DNA from: Callorhinchus milii
Lineage: Eukaryota
Reading direction: 5' to 3'
Assembly: GCF_018977255.1 (NCBI RefSeq)
Contig: NW_024704743.1
Coordinates: forward strand, 19,346,001 to 19,410,000
Length of the DNA stretch: 64,000 nucleotides
How positions within the stretch are numbered: position 1 is the first letter of the stretch; each line of letters begins with the position of its first letter. A model generated the notes under the pieces. The model made no database searches, was not told the origin of the DNA, and was given only the letters and a program-made list of their open reading frames with translations. The translations under genes and the position numbers were made by a program. Positions 1 through 14,303 of the stretch are shown one piece after another.

Positions 1-180
1 AGCGAGCAGGATGATAGGGGGTTAAGAGGTTGCAAAGGTAGAGGGGGAGCAAGGCCATGCAGGCTTTGATGGTGAGGACCAAGATCTTGAACTGTATCCT
101 CTGTGTGATGGGAAGCCAGTGGAGTTGGGCGAGGATAGGGTTGATAGGGTCACGGAGCCTAGTGCGGGAGAGGAAAGGGA
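1..180 (-). mobile_element. L2 LINE ORF2 3' fragment
   Basis: Minus strand reads as 'LHWLP...KILVLTIKALHGLAP'-type L2 sequence, shared with 50862-51674. Confidence 0.7.
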
Positions 181-629
181 CTGTACCAATGAAAGGCGCT
201 GTGTCAATGAAAGTTCTTGTAATTATTGTACTCTGCTCTGAAGCTACAGGTTATTTATTTGAAAAATATAATAAAACTTTTTGTTGGTTTGCTGTTGAGC
301 CTAGATCAAGTCAATTTGGCAAATTATTTCACGATGCTACCCTGAATGAAGGGTACTATATAAATCCAAGTTATTGTTGTTGTTAGGGTAGCAAAAGTAC
401 TGCAACTCTGAGTAGCTTCCTGCAGCTGAACTGGAACAAATGCCATTATATGTACTTTCTATTCGAAACTTTAGGTGATCCCTGCAGTATGGAGTAAGTT
501 TAAAAACATGAACAATAAAGGAAGTGCTTCTGGTGAATCATTTCATCAGCTGTAAAGCTGTTTATTCCAACCACCCTCTTCTTAAAAGATTTGGGTGAAC
601 TGAAGTGGCACAAAAATAACCTGCTTTGA

Positions 630-950
<321 letters not shown>

Positions 951-1141
951 TAAGACTAGTCATTGTAAGACAAGTAAGACTAACAACAGCAATTTGCTTT
1001 TATATAGCGCCCTTCACACAGGTTAGCGTCTCGAAGCACTTAACAATGGCGTAGTTTGATGCCGACTTGGGAATAAAGGGGAGGTTACCGTAGGCATAGT
1101 CGAAGCAAAAAGAATGAAAAGATACGTTAACAGAATAAATC

Positions 1142-1344
1142 TAGACCCATGTGGAAATTTGACCCCAAAGTGCCTAAAAGTGCACCTGATGCGGTTAATT
1201 TACAATATTTCTAACATAATTCCTTAATAAAGAAATCCAAGTCACACAAATTAGGACTCCTTCCAACAACTGGGATGTCAATCTGACTCCTAGGAACTTT
1301 GATCCAACATAATCTATTTCCTGAGTGGAGTTTCCACGGGTCTA
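1142..1344. mobile_element. Putative MITE with ~16-bp terminal inverted repeats
   Basis: TAGACCCatGTGGAAA at 1142 and TTTCCACGGGTCTA ending at 1344. A similar terminus occurs inverted at ~33361-33392. Confidence 0.4.
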
Positions 1345-3179
1345 TAGGAGATTCAGCAAGAAATTTAGGGGAACATCATTGTAACATGGTTCAGTTGGGT
1401 CTGAAAGCACAGTGATTGGGTTAAAAGCAAAGCACTAAAAAATGGGTGACTTCTGGGTTGTATGATTGCTGATGACGCCACTTACATTTACACTTACACG
1501 CTAGTACTGTTCACCTCACATCTTGCACTCTGCAATGTTAGCAGAACTTTCTGTGTAAAACACAAATGCCTGCAGGAACTGACTACACTGAAGCACCGGA
1601 AGCTGAAAGTCACTCCACTTTGTATTAATATACACCCACAATAGATGAAAGTCAGCAAGTCAGCATTATAGCAAAAGGTACTATTGCAAAGTTCTCCTGT
1701 GCCACAAATCAGATCTGAATATTTCAAATTGGGCCTTATGAGTGATTTGTACAAGGTCAGAATAACCTCTTTTAAATTATATTTGAATGCCCATGAGATG
1801 TAATCTACTATTTGATTAGCTTTGATCACAGCAACTTCATATTTGAGTCTAATGTATGATATTTGCAAACCAGATTTGTAGAAATAATTGCAATTTCCAG
1901 CTTCAAAATTTCACACACCTGCAAAGCACAACTCCCAAGTTATCCAGATTCACACAGGGTTGGAATCAGATGTTCCAGTTTGTAATAACATGCCTGAGAA
2001 AAACAGCTGGTGGATAGAAAATGCAACCTGCAAACCACAACTTACAATGAATATTAGAAATCTAAATGGAATATCACAAACTAAACCCTAATGTCTAGAA
2101 ACTTTCCATGAGTGACAAATCACATAAATGGAAGTGGAGGTTTTAATTGTTCTCTGATATGGAAAAATATTCATTTCTGTAATTACTTTGCTTTCAACCA
2201 AATCTGGGTCTTAGCTTGCTGGTTAAGCATTCAAATCTTTTCTGCTCCTTTGCCGAACACTTAATGCGAAGATACGATTCTGCTGGAACTCATTTTGGGA
2301 TCATGGCTATGTCTTTGTAGGAGATGTCCTCTCAGCAAAAATAACTCTGCACTGTTTTCCCTCCCTCTGTGCGTATTATAAGTATTGATCTGTGAGCCAC
2401 ACTTTCAGATGTGATAATAATAATTGGCAAAATAAAAGCATTAAATTGACAATATGGAGCAACAGACACAGCTGGTTGAATATGAAGACTATTGGGAAAG
2501 GGTTGTAAAGCTAGGATAAAATCTACTTTGAGGCAACAAAAGCAAATGAGCGAGAAGTGTGGACAAATAAAGAAAAGGAAAATAAGGTTTTCTTTGTTAT
2601 TCTTAACTCTGAAATGTTCTCCATGTTTCTGAATACATTGCCAGTCTGAGGTCCTTGTTAAACAACTCAACTCAGATATTATCAAAGTAACTTCCAAATT
2701 CAACATTTTCATTAAACTAATATAAGGTGAAATTATGCATAAAACCAAGGAAATATGTCTTAAATCAATGTTATAGTTGATGATCACTTTACCTTTGGGC
2801 CGTGCATTGAATTCTAGACCACGTAAAGCAGAGTGTGTGACTCCAGCAACAGATTGAAGCCAATTGCCAGTCAGTTGCCATATCAATAAATAAAAATTGT
2901 AAGGACATTTTGCCCCAACATTACATTGAAGCCATTATTTTCTTCTAAGGATCATCTAAACATGAACCCAATGAGTTACAATTCGAACAAATCTGAATGC
3001 TATAATAACTTGATTTATGCAGGATCTCAGAAGAATTTGCCAAATCAACCTGATCAGGTTTTAACAGCAAAAAGTGGTATATTTATTATACTTTTCAGAT
3101 AAATTCTTACCTAGTACTGTATGTGCAGAGTATACATAAATCCATATGACAAAGAAGAGTACATAGGTTTAGTGTCGCA

Positions 3180-3395
3180 AACAGTAACTTAAGACAGATA
3201 TCAGTACATTTTTCTTTATTCAGAGGGTAATCAGTGACTGGAACAGTTTGCTAGGGAAGATTATCGAAATCAGGACACTGGATTCATTTAAAAAACAGCT
3301 TGATGTGGTGATTGAGGTCAATAGAGTGTTCTGGATAGTGAAATTGTGTGGTCCAAAGGGCTTTCTTCATTCAAACCAATCTTGTGATCTTGTGA
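3180..3395 (+). mobile_element. CR1 LINE 3' end fragment
   Basis: 'tttttctttattcagagggtaatcagtgactggaacagtttgc...ggattcatttaaaaaacagcttgatg...ggtccaaagggc' is typical CR1 ORF2 end/3'UTR. Similar pieces at ~10470-10600, 17620-17860, 25740-25980, 38880-39080, 58560-58700 and 58830-59000. Confidence 0.7.
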
Positions 3396-5139
3396 CTGGG
3401 TTGAGGTTTACAGAGATTTAGGCTATACAGGAGAATGTACAAGTCCTCCCCATCGTACCACACTTTGGTATAATGCTGGTCTGCTTATACTGAGTTTGCA
3501 TTGGAAACAAGTGACATGCGTTATCAACTTCTAGTGCTGACTGTTCAGCTTCCTGGCCCATAATATGCAAGTGTAGAACACTTCCCGTGTTATGGCAAAC
3601 CCATGCTATTACCAAAGCTATAATAGGGTGAGGTTATTTTACCTTTGTGGTTCCAGCAATAAATTGTAACCTATTCCCAGCTGCTTGCCATGTTGTGAGA
3701 AGGGTATTTCAAGAAAGGCTCACAGAACTGAACTTAATTAATCAAATTAAGAATAAATAGGGTATTCAGTTCTTCCAAATATTAGAAATATGAATAAGTT
3801 AAGGATACCAGTAAGTGGTTTTAATAATAATAACATTTGACTTTGATATAGCGTCTTAACATATCCTTCAAGCATCTCAAAGCACAGGATTTTTACTGTG
3901 ATATGTAATGACTGTATATTTTGTTTTATGTTGTTATATAAAGAAAAGGTGTACAAATTTAGTAAGTATGAAGCAAAATTAGCGAGCGATCCTAATAATA
4001 ATAAAAAAATAATCCTTGCATTGTTTATAACATCTGATCATGTCATTGAAGTATCTCAGAGTGCTTCATAAAGCTTATTGTGAAATGTAGTGACTGTGTA
4101 TTTTGTAGGCAAATATATGTAGAATGAACAGGAACACCCAGAAAAAAAGTTAATAATAATAATCCTTGCATTTGATATAGCGCCTTATCACGTCTTTGAG
4201 ATGTCTCAAAGCCCTTTGCAGAACATACTGTAAAGTGAATTGACTGAATATTTTCTGGCCGAAACGTGGCAGCCAATTGCACACACCAATTGTCCCACAA
4301 AAGTTGTGGATTGACGTTAATACTATTTTATTAACTACTTTAAAAAAAAATCTGGAAAACTGGAAAAATATCTTTTGAGGACTGTTTAGCTTTTTGCCCA
4401 CAAAATATACAGTCAATTCACTTTATAGTATATTCTGTGAAGTGCTTTGAGATGTTTCAAAGACATGAAAAGATACTATATCAAATGCAAGGATCATTAT
4501 TATGAATAAAAGCCAAATGTAAGGATAAGACATAAGTGATCTGTGGAACATGCACTGCTTGGATCATGGATGATCACTTGTGAAATACAACTGTTCAGAA
4601 TAAGTTTGGGTTGTGTGGTTTGCATTTTGCTGTATTGTCTTTGAGGTCAGGGAGCGATCTGATGGTGTGTTATCTTCTTAGAGGCTTGATTATAATTGAT
4701 TGCCTCCTTCAGGACACTGAGTGGTTCGGATCGAGTCTATGATAGAACAAATTGCATATGGTCTGCGGAGGGATCAGACTTGATGTGACAATCAGTGAGA
4801 AAATAAATTCAAGATAATGTTTTGCATAGGCAATATGCAATTTGCCTGACCCATTTAATTTCCTGAGGGAACATTTTCCACAAATATGCCGTGATCCTTA
4901 AAGGTGATTTAAAATACTTCCAGAATATCTATCCAAGCTCATATATATTGATGATTCAGTGCTGACTTATCAACGCTCCAGCAAAAATAACTCCCAGTCC
5001 CAAAGTAATGTACATGTCTGTACGGCTCAGTTGATAGCACTCCTGTTTCTGGGTCAGAAGGTTGTGCGATTGTGCCCCAGATCAGCTGACACTCCCCACC
5101 AGTATTATTGCCAGAGGAGCCATCTTTTGGTGAAACAAG

Positions 5140-5430
5140 AACAACAACAAATTACATTACTATAGCGCCTTTCACATACCAAAGTGCTGGACAATCAGGG
5201 ATTTGGACCCGAGCTGGGGGTTGGGATCAGGCGAGGTGGAGGGCAGCGAGGGTAGGGATAGGAGGGTGACCGAAGGCGAGGTCGAAGAGGAGGGTCTTGA
5301 GACAGGCCTCAAAAGAGGGAGTGGGGGAAATGCAGCTGGTCGGAGTCCGTTAAGCGGAGGGAGTGGAGTTAGCAGGTCACATAGGTTGGGAGAAGCAAGG
5401 CCATGGAGGGCTTTGAAAACTGTAAACAAA
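5140..5430 (-). mobile_element. L2 3' fragment inserted in a Deu-type SINE
   Basis: (CAA)n tail and FKALHGLASP motif; SINE head at ~5020-5130 and SINE body resumes at ~5431. Confidence 0.65.
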
Positions 5431-5744
5431 GATCCTGCTCTCCTGTTCAGGTAGATTTTAAAGATCCCCTTTTTTTTGCAAAGAGTGGGGAATTTGTCTT
5501 GTATTCCTGGCCAACAGTGCTCTGAGCTAATTAGTCATTCACCTCATGTTTGTCTGTGGGATCTTGCGGATGCAAATGGCTATTTCATTTGCATACAAAA
5601 ACAGTCGCTGCACTGGACAATTATATTTGAAGTCCTTTTAGATGTTCCAACATGGTCAGGCACTATAGCAATGCAAATTCTTTCTTTCACTACTGTGGGC
5701 CGAATGGTATTACCTTGCTTTATTCTACTGTGTATTATATGTTC

Positions 5745-6135
5745 CCAGATGTTAGTTTGGCTCACTTGCAGTACTCTCACTTTTGAGTTAGAGGCTGTGA
5801 GTGCAAATCCTCATTCGGAGTTTGAACTCACACTTCAATCCACGGGGTGTGCCATCCTTCAGATGAGATGTAAAACCAAAGTCCCATTTACCTGTCAGGT
5901 AGACGTTCATGATCGCATGGCACTATTTGGAATGAGAAGGGAGTTTCTCCTGGTGTGCTGGCCAACAAACCTTCAGATAAAATGGAAGTCATTCACTTCT
6001 TGGCTGTTCGTGGAATATTGCAGTGTGCAAGTTGGTTGCTATGGTTACCATAAAAATACCAGCATTTTACAGTAAATCTTATGAAGGACTTTGAGATGCC
6101 CTCCTGTGAAAGGCAAGATATCAAATCAAAGGATG
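5745..6135 (+). mobile_element. Deu-domain tRNA-derived SINE (degenerate)
   Basis: tRNA-like head, 'gccatccttcagatgagatgtaaaacc...gatcgcatggcactattt' Deu-like core and L2-type tail. Confidence 0.65.
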
Positions 6136-6724
6136 ATTTATTTAACTATCTGAAACCTAGGAAAAAATGTTCCTCCCAATTTAAGATACATCGCTTTCAG
6201 TCTCTGCTCTCTTTTGATAATGGATAAAAATGCCTGTGTGCTTAATAACTATTTTTATGATGGCATCAGTGGTGCTGGTAAAACCTCAGGCTTTCCCAGA
6301 ATGACTGCAGTGAACCCATGGTATTCCCAGTATTTCTACCACGTATTATTAGACGTACACTCAATTTCTGACAGTCCGGAGATGAAACTGGGTGAATGTC
6401 TAAAAATAATCACTGTAAGTATGAGCAAGATGAGACCAGATGGACCAATGGGAAACACTGGCCCAGGGAAGCCTTAGGCTTTGCCAGGCCTAGATTGCAA
6501 AGATGCTTCAAAATGGACAAGTTGAGTTGAAATGTACACTTCAGTGCATTTCATTGCAGGATGTTTCATTTAGCTTTTGATTGGTGTTAAAGGGACATTG
6601 CCTTTGTGAAAAAAAATCGTAGGCAAACTACAGGATATATTTCATCTATGGCTACAGATGAACAGTATAACAGTGATAACACATACAAATCAAATGATCT
6701 TACGTTTCAATATGATTCTGGCTG

Positions 6725-7132
6725 GTGGCAGCCTAGCTCAGTTGGTACCACTCTCAAGATAAAAAGGTTGTGAGTGCAAGCCTCACATTAGCCCTTGAGC
6801 TCATAATCTTGGGTGACACTCCAATGCATAGCTTGGGGGTTAGAGTTAGGGGAGCGCTGCATTGTCAGAGGTTCAATCCTTTGAATGAAACGATAAACCG
6901 AGTTCCTGTTTGCCTGTTCAGATGAATGTCAAATATCCTGTGGCATTATTCAGAAAGGGAAGGGAGTTTCTCCTAGTGCTGGCCAATAATCCTCCAGATG
7001 AAACTGGTCATTCACTTTATGGCTGTTTGTGGTGCATTGCTGTATGCAAATCATCTGTTGCATTTGCCTACAAAACACTTTAAGATGTTTTGTTGATGTG
7101 ATAAGGCTCTATATCAAATGCCAGGATTATTA
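6725..7132 (+). mobile_element. Deu-domain tRNA-derived SINE
   Basis: 'cagcctagctcagttggta' A-box head, Deu-like core and tail 'aaggctctatatcaaatgc'. Confidence 0.7.
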
Positions 7133-7162
7133 AGGTTCCTGTCACTGCATCTTGTAATAATC

Positions 7163-7475
7163 ATAATAATAATCGTTGCATTTGATATAGCGCTTATTAC
7201 GACTTCTAGACGTCTCAAAACGCTTCAAAGAATATGCTGTAAAGTGAATTAACTGCAGTATTTGTGGGTGAAACGCAGCAGCCAATTGCACACAGCAGTG
7301 TCCCACAAACAGTCGTGGATTGAAAATGACCAATTTACTATTGTTTTTTTTCTTGAGGTAATATTATAAGGCATGTGGAGTAAGGAAACTTGCCTAAGGT
7401 TTCACCCTGCCTGGAATTGAACCCAGGTGTCTCGCTTGCAAGGCGAGCGCTCTAACCGCTGAACTACAGGACTCC
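7163..7475 (-). mobile_element. tRNA(Ala)-derived SINE, full length
   Basis: Minus strand GGAGTCCTGTAGTTCAGCGGTTAGAGC...TTGCAA...GGGTTCAATTCC head; (TAT)n tail. Confidence 0.8.
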
Positions 7476-7539
7476 ACCCACGTCTGTGTTTGTGAATAAG
7501 GAAAAAAAGCCATTATTCTTTGCTCAGCAGGCTATAGCC

Positions 7540-7850
7540 TATAGCCTGCTCTAGCCCGCTCCACATCCCCTGCCTGGCCCTCTCCACCATCGGCATTCAG
7601 GCCTTCAGGTTTTCTGGCCTCACCCTATGGAACTCCATCCCACATTCCCATCACCTCACTCCCTCCGTTGCCTCCTTTAAGGCACGTCTCAAAACCCTCC
7701 TCTACAACCGCGCCTTCAGCCACCCTCCTACTCTCCCTGCTTTCCATGATCCCGAGTCCCAGCTCGGGTCCAAATCCCTGACTGTCCAGCACCTTGGGAC
7801 GTCCTCCCAACATGAAAGGCGCTTTACAAATGTAATTTTGCATTGTATTC
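7540..7850 (+). mobile_element. L2 3' end
   Basis: C-rich L2 3' region and tail 'ccttgggacgtcctcccaacatgaaaggcgctttac'. Confidence 0.7.
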
Positions 7851-9329
7851 ATTGAGGAACGTGGTATTTCTTTAATAAGCCTCGATTTACACCTGGAAGC
7901 TGGCTGAAGAGGTGCCTTGTGTCTTTTATAATGGGGCGCATGGCACTTTGTGAACGTATGGAGAGAAATTTTATGTTCAGTTGCAGAGATATCTCAGAGG
8001 GGACCTTATAATGATATTTAAATCCAGGATCCATAATTCCTTTCCTGCACTGCTATGTGATGCCATCCTCACCTTTGTAAGCTATAAACTGGGTTTAAAT
8101 CTTACTTTTTAAAATGCTGACTGATACACGCATGAGTTTCTCGAACATGATCTTCAGTAACCCCTGAACAAGGAAGGTTATCAACATATTTCAGAGGACA
8201 CTTGATACAGTGCGATACAATACAGTTACAATTTAGATTTATATAGTCTCTTTCACGTCGGGTGGACATCTCAAAGCATGTGCTTGCCTGAGGGAGAAAC
8301 AAATAGACAGGTATGGGAGAGAGGATTAGGAGGGGTGGAATATAACACTATCATGGACTAGATGGGCCGAATGGCTTGTTTCCATGTGAAACATTCTATA
8401 TAATCACCTTTCTCTCTATCTTGATGAAAATAATTTACAACAGTGGGTATTGCAAAATCCCATCCCAGCCTGAGTAAACTTGTATGATCTACATTAGGGA
8501 ACAACATAATTCAGTCCCTAGCGCACTCCTGTCCCCTTTATATTCTCCAGAAACACATGTATTGCTTTGTGAATCAATATCTATTATTTACTTCAAAGGC
8601 TTCACTGCTTACTTATTGCTTATGTTGCTTACCTTTCTTTGTGTAATATAATTTTAGGTGAACTTCATAGCTACTGAATGGTCTTTTGCGGAACAGTACA
8701 TTTCTTGTGCTCCTAATTCAATAATTTTGAATCCTTTTCAATAAACAATGAAGAATACTGAAAGTTATTAAGGGAAATGCAAAGGTGTCAGTGTATAGTA
8801 AAAGAGAATCTTTATTTAAAGTTAAAGATTTTTTNGTAAACCACTTAAAGTAACAATAAACATTTTTATTGGGGCTGCAGCGGTGAGACAATAAACATGT
8901 CTCTTTTATGAATGTAACAAAGCAATAATAGATGATCCCTGCCTTGAAATGGTATGGGTCTAATAAATCTCCAGCATTACTATTGGAAACAAGACTTGTT
9001 CCTACAGATTCACAAAACACTCAGTTCAGTAAGCACACCAAATGTGCGCTCATTGAATATAACCTCCAAGAAGGTCAGGCATTGTATCCCACACAATAAC
9101 AATGGAGCTTGCACTTACCAGTCCGAAAATGACTTTCTCCTGAAATACAATAATTGAATAATTTTCTTTTGTGAATAAATATATTGTGCACGTTTGTACC
9201 AAATGCAGACATTTAAAATTACATTTTATAATTAGTGCCATCCATGCATCTATTACATTCAAGATCTCACTAGTTAAACTCATTTAATAACATAATAGGG
9301 CTCTAATTTGCAGTATTTCTTATAAATGG

Positions 9330-9890
9330 GTGGGCAGGAGGTCAGTGACTGTAGAGCTTGGCGAAGAGGTGTTAAAGGTGTTTTTTAAAAAGCTAAGTAG
9401 AGGGGGTTGGGCTGTGAGTTACAGTAGAGGGAGGGAATTCCAGAGGGTAGGAACATAGTGGCTGAAGGCTTAGTTGCCATTGGTGGGGTTGGATGGGTGT
9501 GCCACAGGCTCAGATTTGCCAAGCAGAGCAAATGAGCATTAGAGTGAGATTGGAAAGGATCATAGAGATAGGGAGATGCGAGGGCACAAAGAGATTTGTA
9601 GATGAGAGTGAAGATCTTGATATTGTTTGTTGGGAGATGGGGAGAAAGTGAAGCCTGGCATGGGGAAGAGTAGTGCCAGGCTTCAAATAAAAGCCAAACC
9701 AAAGAAATCTGGATGAAATAGCCATGCTTTGATAGTAAAGAGTAATGCAAAGCTTTGTGTTGGTACAGATGCAGGCAACAGAGTTCGGAATGAGCTGGAG
9801 CTTGTGGATGGTGGAGCTGCAGAGATCGGCAAGGAGGGTATTTGAAAAGTAGAATCTGGAGGTGACAAAGGCTTAATAAGGGTTTTCCCA
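9330..9890 (-). mobile_element. Old L2 ORF2 3' fragment
   Basis: Minus translation NIKIFTLIYKSLCALASPYL resembles the L2 KILxLTFKALHGLAPxYL motif. Confidence 0.6.
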
Positions 9891-10748
9891 TCATAATGCA
9901 CACGACAAATAATGTGCATCAAGCTTTCCAATTCTTTCCCCCCCACCCACCCCAATCCCACTTTTTGACTGTGCTTATGGTCACCTCCTCTCTCCCCACC
10001 CCCCCCACCACCAAATCCTCTACTCAGAGTCCTCCTGCCATTTTAAAGCACTCCGAGATGTTATTCAACATGAAGGATACTATATAAATGCAAATGTTGT
10101 TGTTATTAAGTATTCATTGTGTTTTTCTTTGGTCAGCTCAGTGTCTACTACATGGGAAATCCATCACAATGCTTAAGAGTAAGAAAATCAGATTGAGAGT
10201 TTCATATTGTATCTATGTCACTACATATGGAAAGTTCCTATTTGTCTGAAACGGAGTGGGTACTCAGTTTCTGGAGGAACACTTGCCTAATTCTGTATAA
10301 TACGTATTAATTTTCATCATGTAACCCAGAATAGACGATGCCTGACTGTGAATAGAATTTAATCTCTGACCATACAATAAAAATAGGGTATAATTTGTCC
10401 TGTTCACAAAAGTGGAAAGTGTTAAGTTAAGGCTGTCTTGATTGGTTGGTTGGTTGAAATATTATGAGATCACAAGATTGGTTTTGATAAAGAAAGCCCT
10501 TTGGCCTATCTAATCTCATCCCTACTGTCCTCCCATCACAGAGTCAAGCTGCTTTTTAAATGATTCCAGTCCCCTGGCCTCAACCAATCTTCCTGGCAAC
10601 TCAGATTGAGATTGGTGAATTTGGAAATATCGGGAGATGGCAAAGGACCTTCTAATGGAAAGGTCTGCCGGGTACCAGGAACCTCTGGCAGAAACACAGC
10701 TCCAAAGTCTAAAGCGCAATTAGATTTGCTCCTTATTGATCTGACAGA

Positions 10749-11221
10749 TCAAGATCCTCATCCTCACCTACAAGGCCATTCACGGCCTTGCTCCCTCCTA
10801 CCTCTCTGACCTACTATCCCCCTACCTACCTGCCCGTAGCCTCCGTTCCTCCGGCTCCGGTCTGCTCCACGTCCCCCACCCCAATCGCTTTACCATTGGT
10901 GGTCGGGCCTTCAGCCTCTCAGCCCCGAGGCTCTGGAACTCTATCCCCCAGTGCCTTCGCCGCCTCCTCCCTTTCCTCCTTCAAGGCCGGTCTCAAAACC
11001 TTTCTCTTTGACCAAGCCTTCAGCTCCCCTCTCGACTCTCTTCCCCCTTCTCGCTCCCTCCCATCCCTCCCCTCACCCTGACCATTTCCCCCCTCCTCGC
11101 TCCCTCCCCTCCCCCTGACCATTTCCCCCCTGCTCGGGTCATGACCCAACTGTGCAGCGCCTTGGGACGTCCTCCTGACGTGAAAGGCACTTCATAAATG
11201 GAATCTTGTTGTTGTTGTTGT
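10749..11221 (+). mobile_element. Young 5'-truncated L2 LINE with 7-bp TSD
   Basis: KILILTYKAIHGLAP motif, 3' stem-loop and (GTT)n tail; TGACAGA at 10742-10748 and 11222-11228. Near-identical to 35707-36129. Confidence 0.85.
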
Positions 11222-12395
11222 TGACAGAGGAGGGGCAAATCTAAGAGTGCTCTTTGCAGTACAACAATGCAATACAATTTCTGTTTATAAAGCACCTTTC
11301 AGGTCAGGTGGATGTTTCAAAGCGTTTCAGATAAATAGGCACCTGAGCTGGGGGTTGGGCTGCGGAGGGGAAAGATGACCGAAAGAACCTTCAAAGCGGT
11401 ACATTGTGAGACTTGGCTTGAAAGAGGGGCAGGAGGGTACAAGTCGGGGAAACTCTGGGTTGGAGTTCTATAGAGCAAATTGCAGTATAGGTACAAGAAG
11501 TAAGCTCAGAATCTTTCTGGAGAGCACAAACTCAGATTCAGGTCATTATTGTAACCTGAGACGTAGAGACTGAGACTCAGAGATCCAAATAAAAGAGTGC
11601 AAAGCCTGCACTACTTCTGAACCTCACGTCTATTCCGAGAAGTCTCAGACTCACTTGGGTTTTGTTAATAGATGCAATGCAGTTCAGAGTCACAAGCTAC
11701 TGTTTCTATTTCATTAAACTGTCAGTCGGTCTTAAGATACTAAAACTCATGAGACCCCAAGATTTCAGTCAGTACAAATGTCAGAAGTGCCAAACTTAGA
11801 TTATCAAAGAGCTTCACCGAGCATAAAGTGAGAGCACTAAAGTGTACAGTTTAAGGGGTTCAACCAACAATAATCCTAAAAACCTAACTATACAATAACC
11901 TAGATGATATACAGGTGAAGATGTATATCTTGCATAATATCTGAGGCACTCTCATATATGAAAATGTTATACGTTACCAAGCCCATTATCTGCATTAAGT
12001 GGGACCAGCTCTATTGTGGAACAATACATTTAATTGGTTATCGTGCAAACACAAATTGGCTACAGCATCAACCAATATATGGTCATGTCAAGAGTTATAC
12101 CTGTATTATCACTGCTGTAAAAAACCGTGCTAGTTCTTTCACTCCCACTTTGCCTCTCTGTCGCTATGCCTCTCTCTATATATACACAAATATATGTATC
12201 TATGTCTACCTCACTTTCTCTATTCTGTATAAACAGATGTCTTCACAAAACGGAAAACTTGATACATGAGCATAACCTGTCTTTTCTGCCAGTGTTGTAG
12301 GTCTGTGTCAGCCTCTGCAGATAACCACCATTCTACTGCCTGTATTTATACATAGAAAACAGTCGGGTGATAGTCCTGTGACTATTCCACGTTGA

Positions 12396-12632
<237 letters not shown>

Positions 12633-13970
12633 TGACATGAAATGTAATCAAACCCCTTTGCACACTGGCTAGGTGATGACTCAGTGTTATCTAAATCCTT
12701 GCTGTACAGTGTGGTTTAGGAAAACAAATTCATAAAATGCTAGTCAAGATTGGTCTGTCATTGCAGTCCCTAGGTGCTATCAGTTTCACTACAATATTTT
12801 GCAGTGCAGGCCAATAATCATACACTCTGTGAAGCCGTATGTATTTAGTTAGAAATATTTGCTGTTTGCACTATATTTTAATTTCAAAAATCATGTAGAG
12901 TAGGGAGCTAACTATCCACACTAATTCAGGCAAACCCCTTTGTGGATAAGCAAATAGTGTGGCTAATTGGACATCACACAAAATATAAATTAGATACATT
13001 ATTATAAAGGATTGTTCCATCGAGAGGTGTGCTGACACCATAGTATCACATTGTGCCAGTTTTCTCTCGCTTTGATTTATCTTATTTTACTCTGTCTTTT
13101 TCTTTCTCTGAATGTCTCTAAATCTCTCTCTCTCTCTAAAATCAGTAAGTTAAGTCTCATTTTGCAATGAGCCAATACATACATTAGCTGGTACTTTCAG
13201 GGATAATTGATCAACCATTGACTGGAATTTTCACTGTTTAAAATTGGAGTGACTTATTAGTGACATCTCACTAGGTTTTGCTGCCACTTTTAAACTGATG
13301 TATCATTTCAACTGTGCCAAAATATTTGCAGATATTTTCTCCATGATCACTTCAAAGATGGTCTGTGATTTCTCTTGAATCATAATGTTAGGGACCGAAA
13401 ACACACTACCATTCAGTCATTGTTAAACCCACCTTTATGCCATGTCCAGAACCTTTTAGTTCTTACATGTGAACAGAAAGACTATAAAAGAAAAGGAATC
13501 AGGCATTAGATCCAAGAAATGTCAACAGTTATCTGTTTACTGTATCCCTCAGGCTCAACTATCTCCAGAAACACATCTGTCCACCTCGGTTTTGTATTAT
13601 TTATTCTATCCAACATATCTGCATTAACAGTGTTGTACTGAACAGGTTATTGAACCAATAACAAGCTGTGAAAATGACATAGCAGACCAGCTGTCATTGG
13701 CCAGATTTTTGCCGTCATCTTATTCCCAAATAACATAAAGTACTAGTTCTCCCACAAAATACACAGTCAATCCACTATACAGTATATCTGTGAAGCACTT
13801 TGAGAAGAATCAACGACATGATAAGGCTACAGCAAATGCAAGAATTATTTAGTATTCAGTGAGGCAAACAACAAACATTGTTCAATTAATGTTTTATGTG
13901 AAAGGCGCTGCATAAATGCAAGTTGTTGGTGTTGACATTTAGCAGAATTGAACTCCTTTGCGTTGTCTCT

Positions 13971-14303
13971 TTAATAATAATAATAATAATAATAATAATC
14001 CTTGCATTTGATATAGCGCTTTTCACGTCGGGAGGACGTCCCAAAGCGCTTCACAGAACACACTGTAAAGTGAATTGACTGTATATTTTTTGTGGGCGAA
14101 CACGGCAGCCAATTGCGCACAGCAATGGCCCACAAACAGTCGTAGATTGAAAATGACCAACTTATTATTGTTTTTGGTTTCGGAGGGATTATTATTAGAC
14201 GTGTGGAGTAAGGAAACTTGCCCAAGGTTTCGCCCTGCCAGGAATTGAACTCAGGTCTCTCACTTGCAAAACAAGTGCTCTAACCACTGAGCTACAGGAC
14301 TCC
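13971..14303 (-). mobile_element. Young tRNA(Ala)-derived SINE, full length
   Basis: Head GGAGTCCTGTAGCTCAGTGGTTAGAGC, B-box-like GAGTTCAATTCC, (TAT)n tail; near-identical to 34332-34651. Confidence 0.85.

Noticed and set aside
8835..8835. Single ambiguous base (n)
   Set aside because: Assembly artefact; no biological meaning can be inferred.
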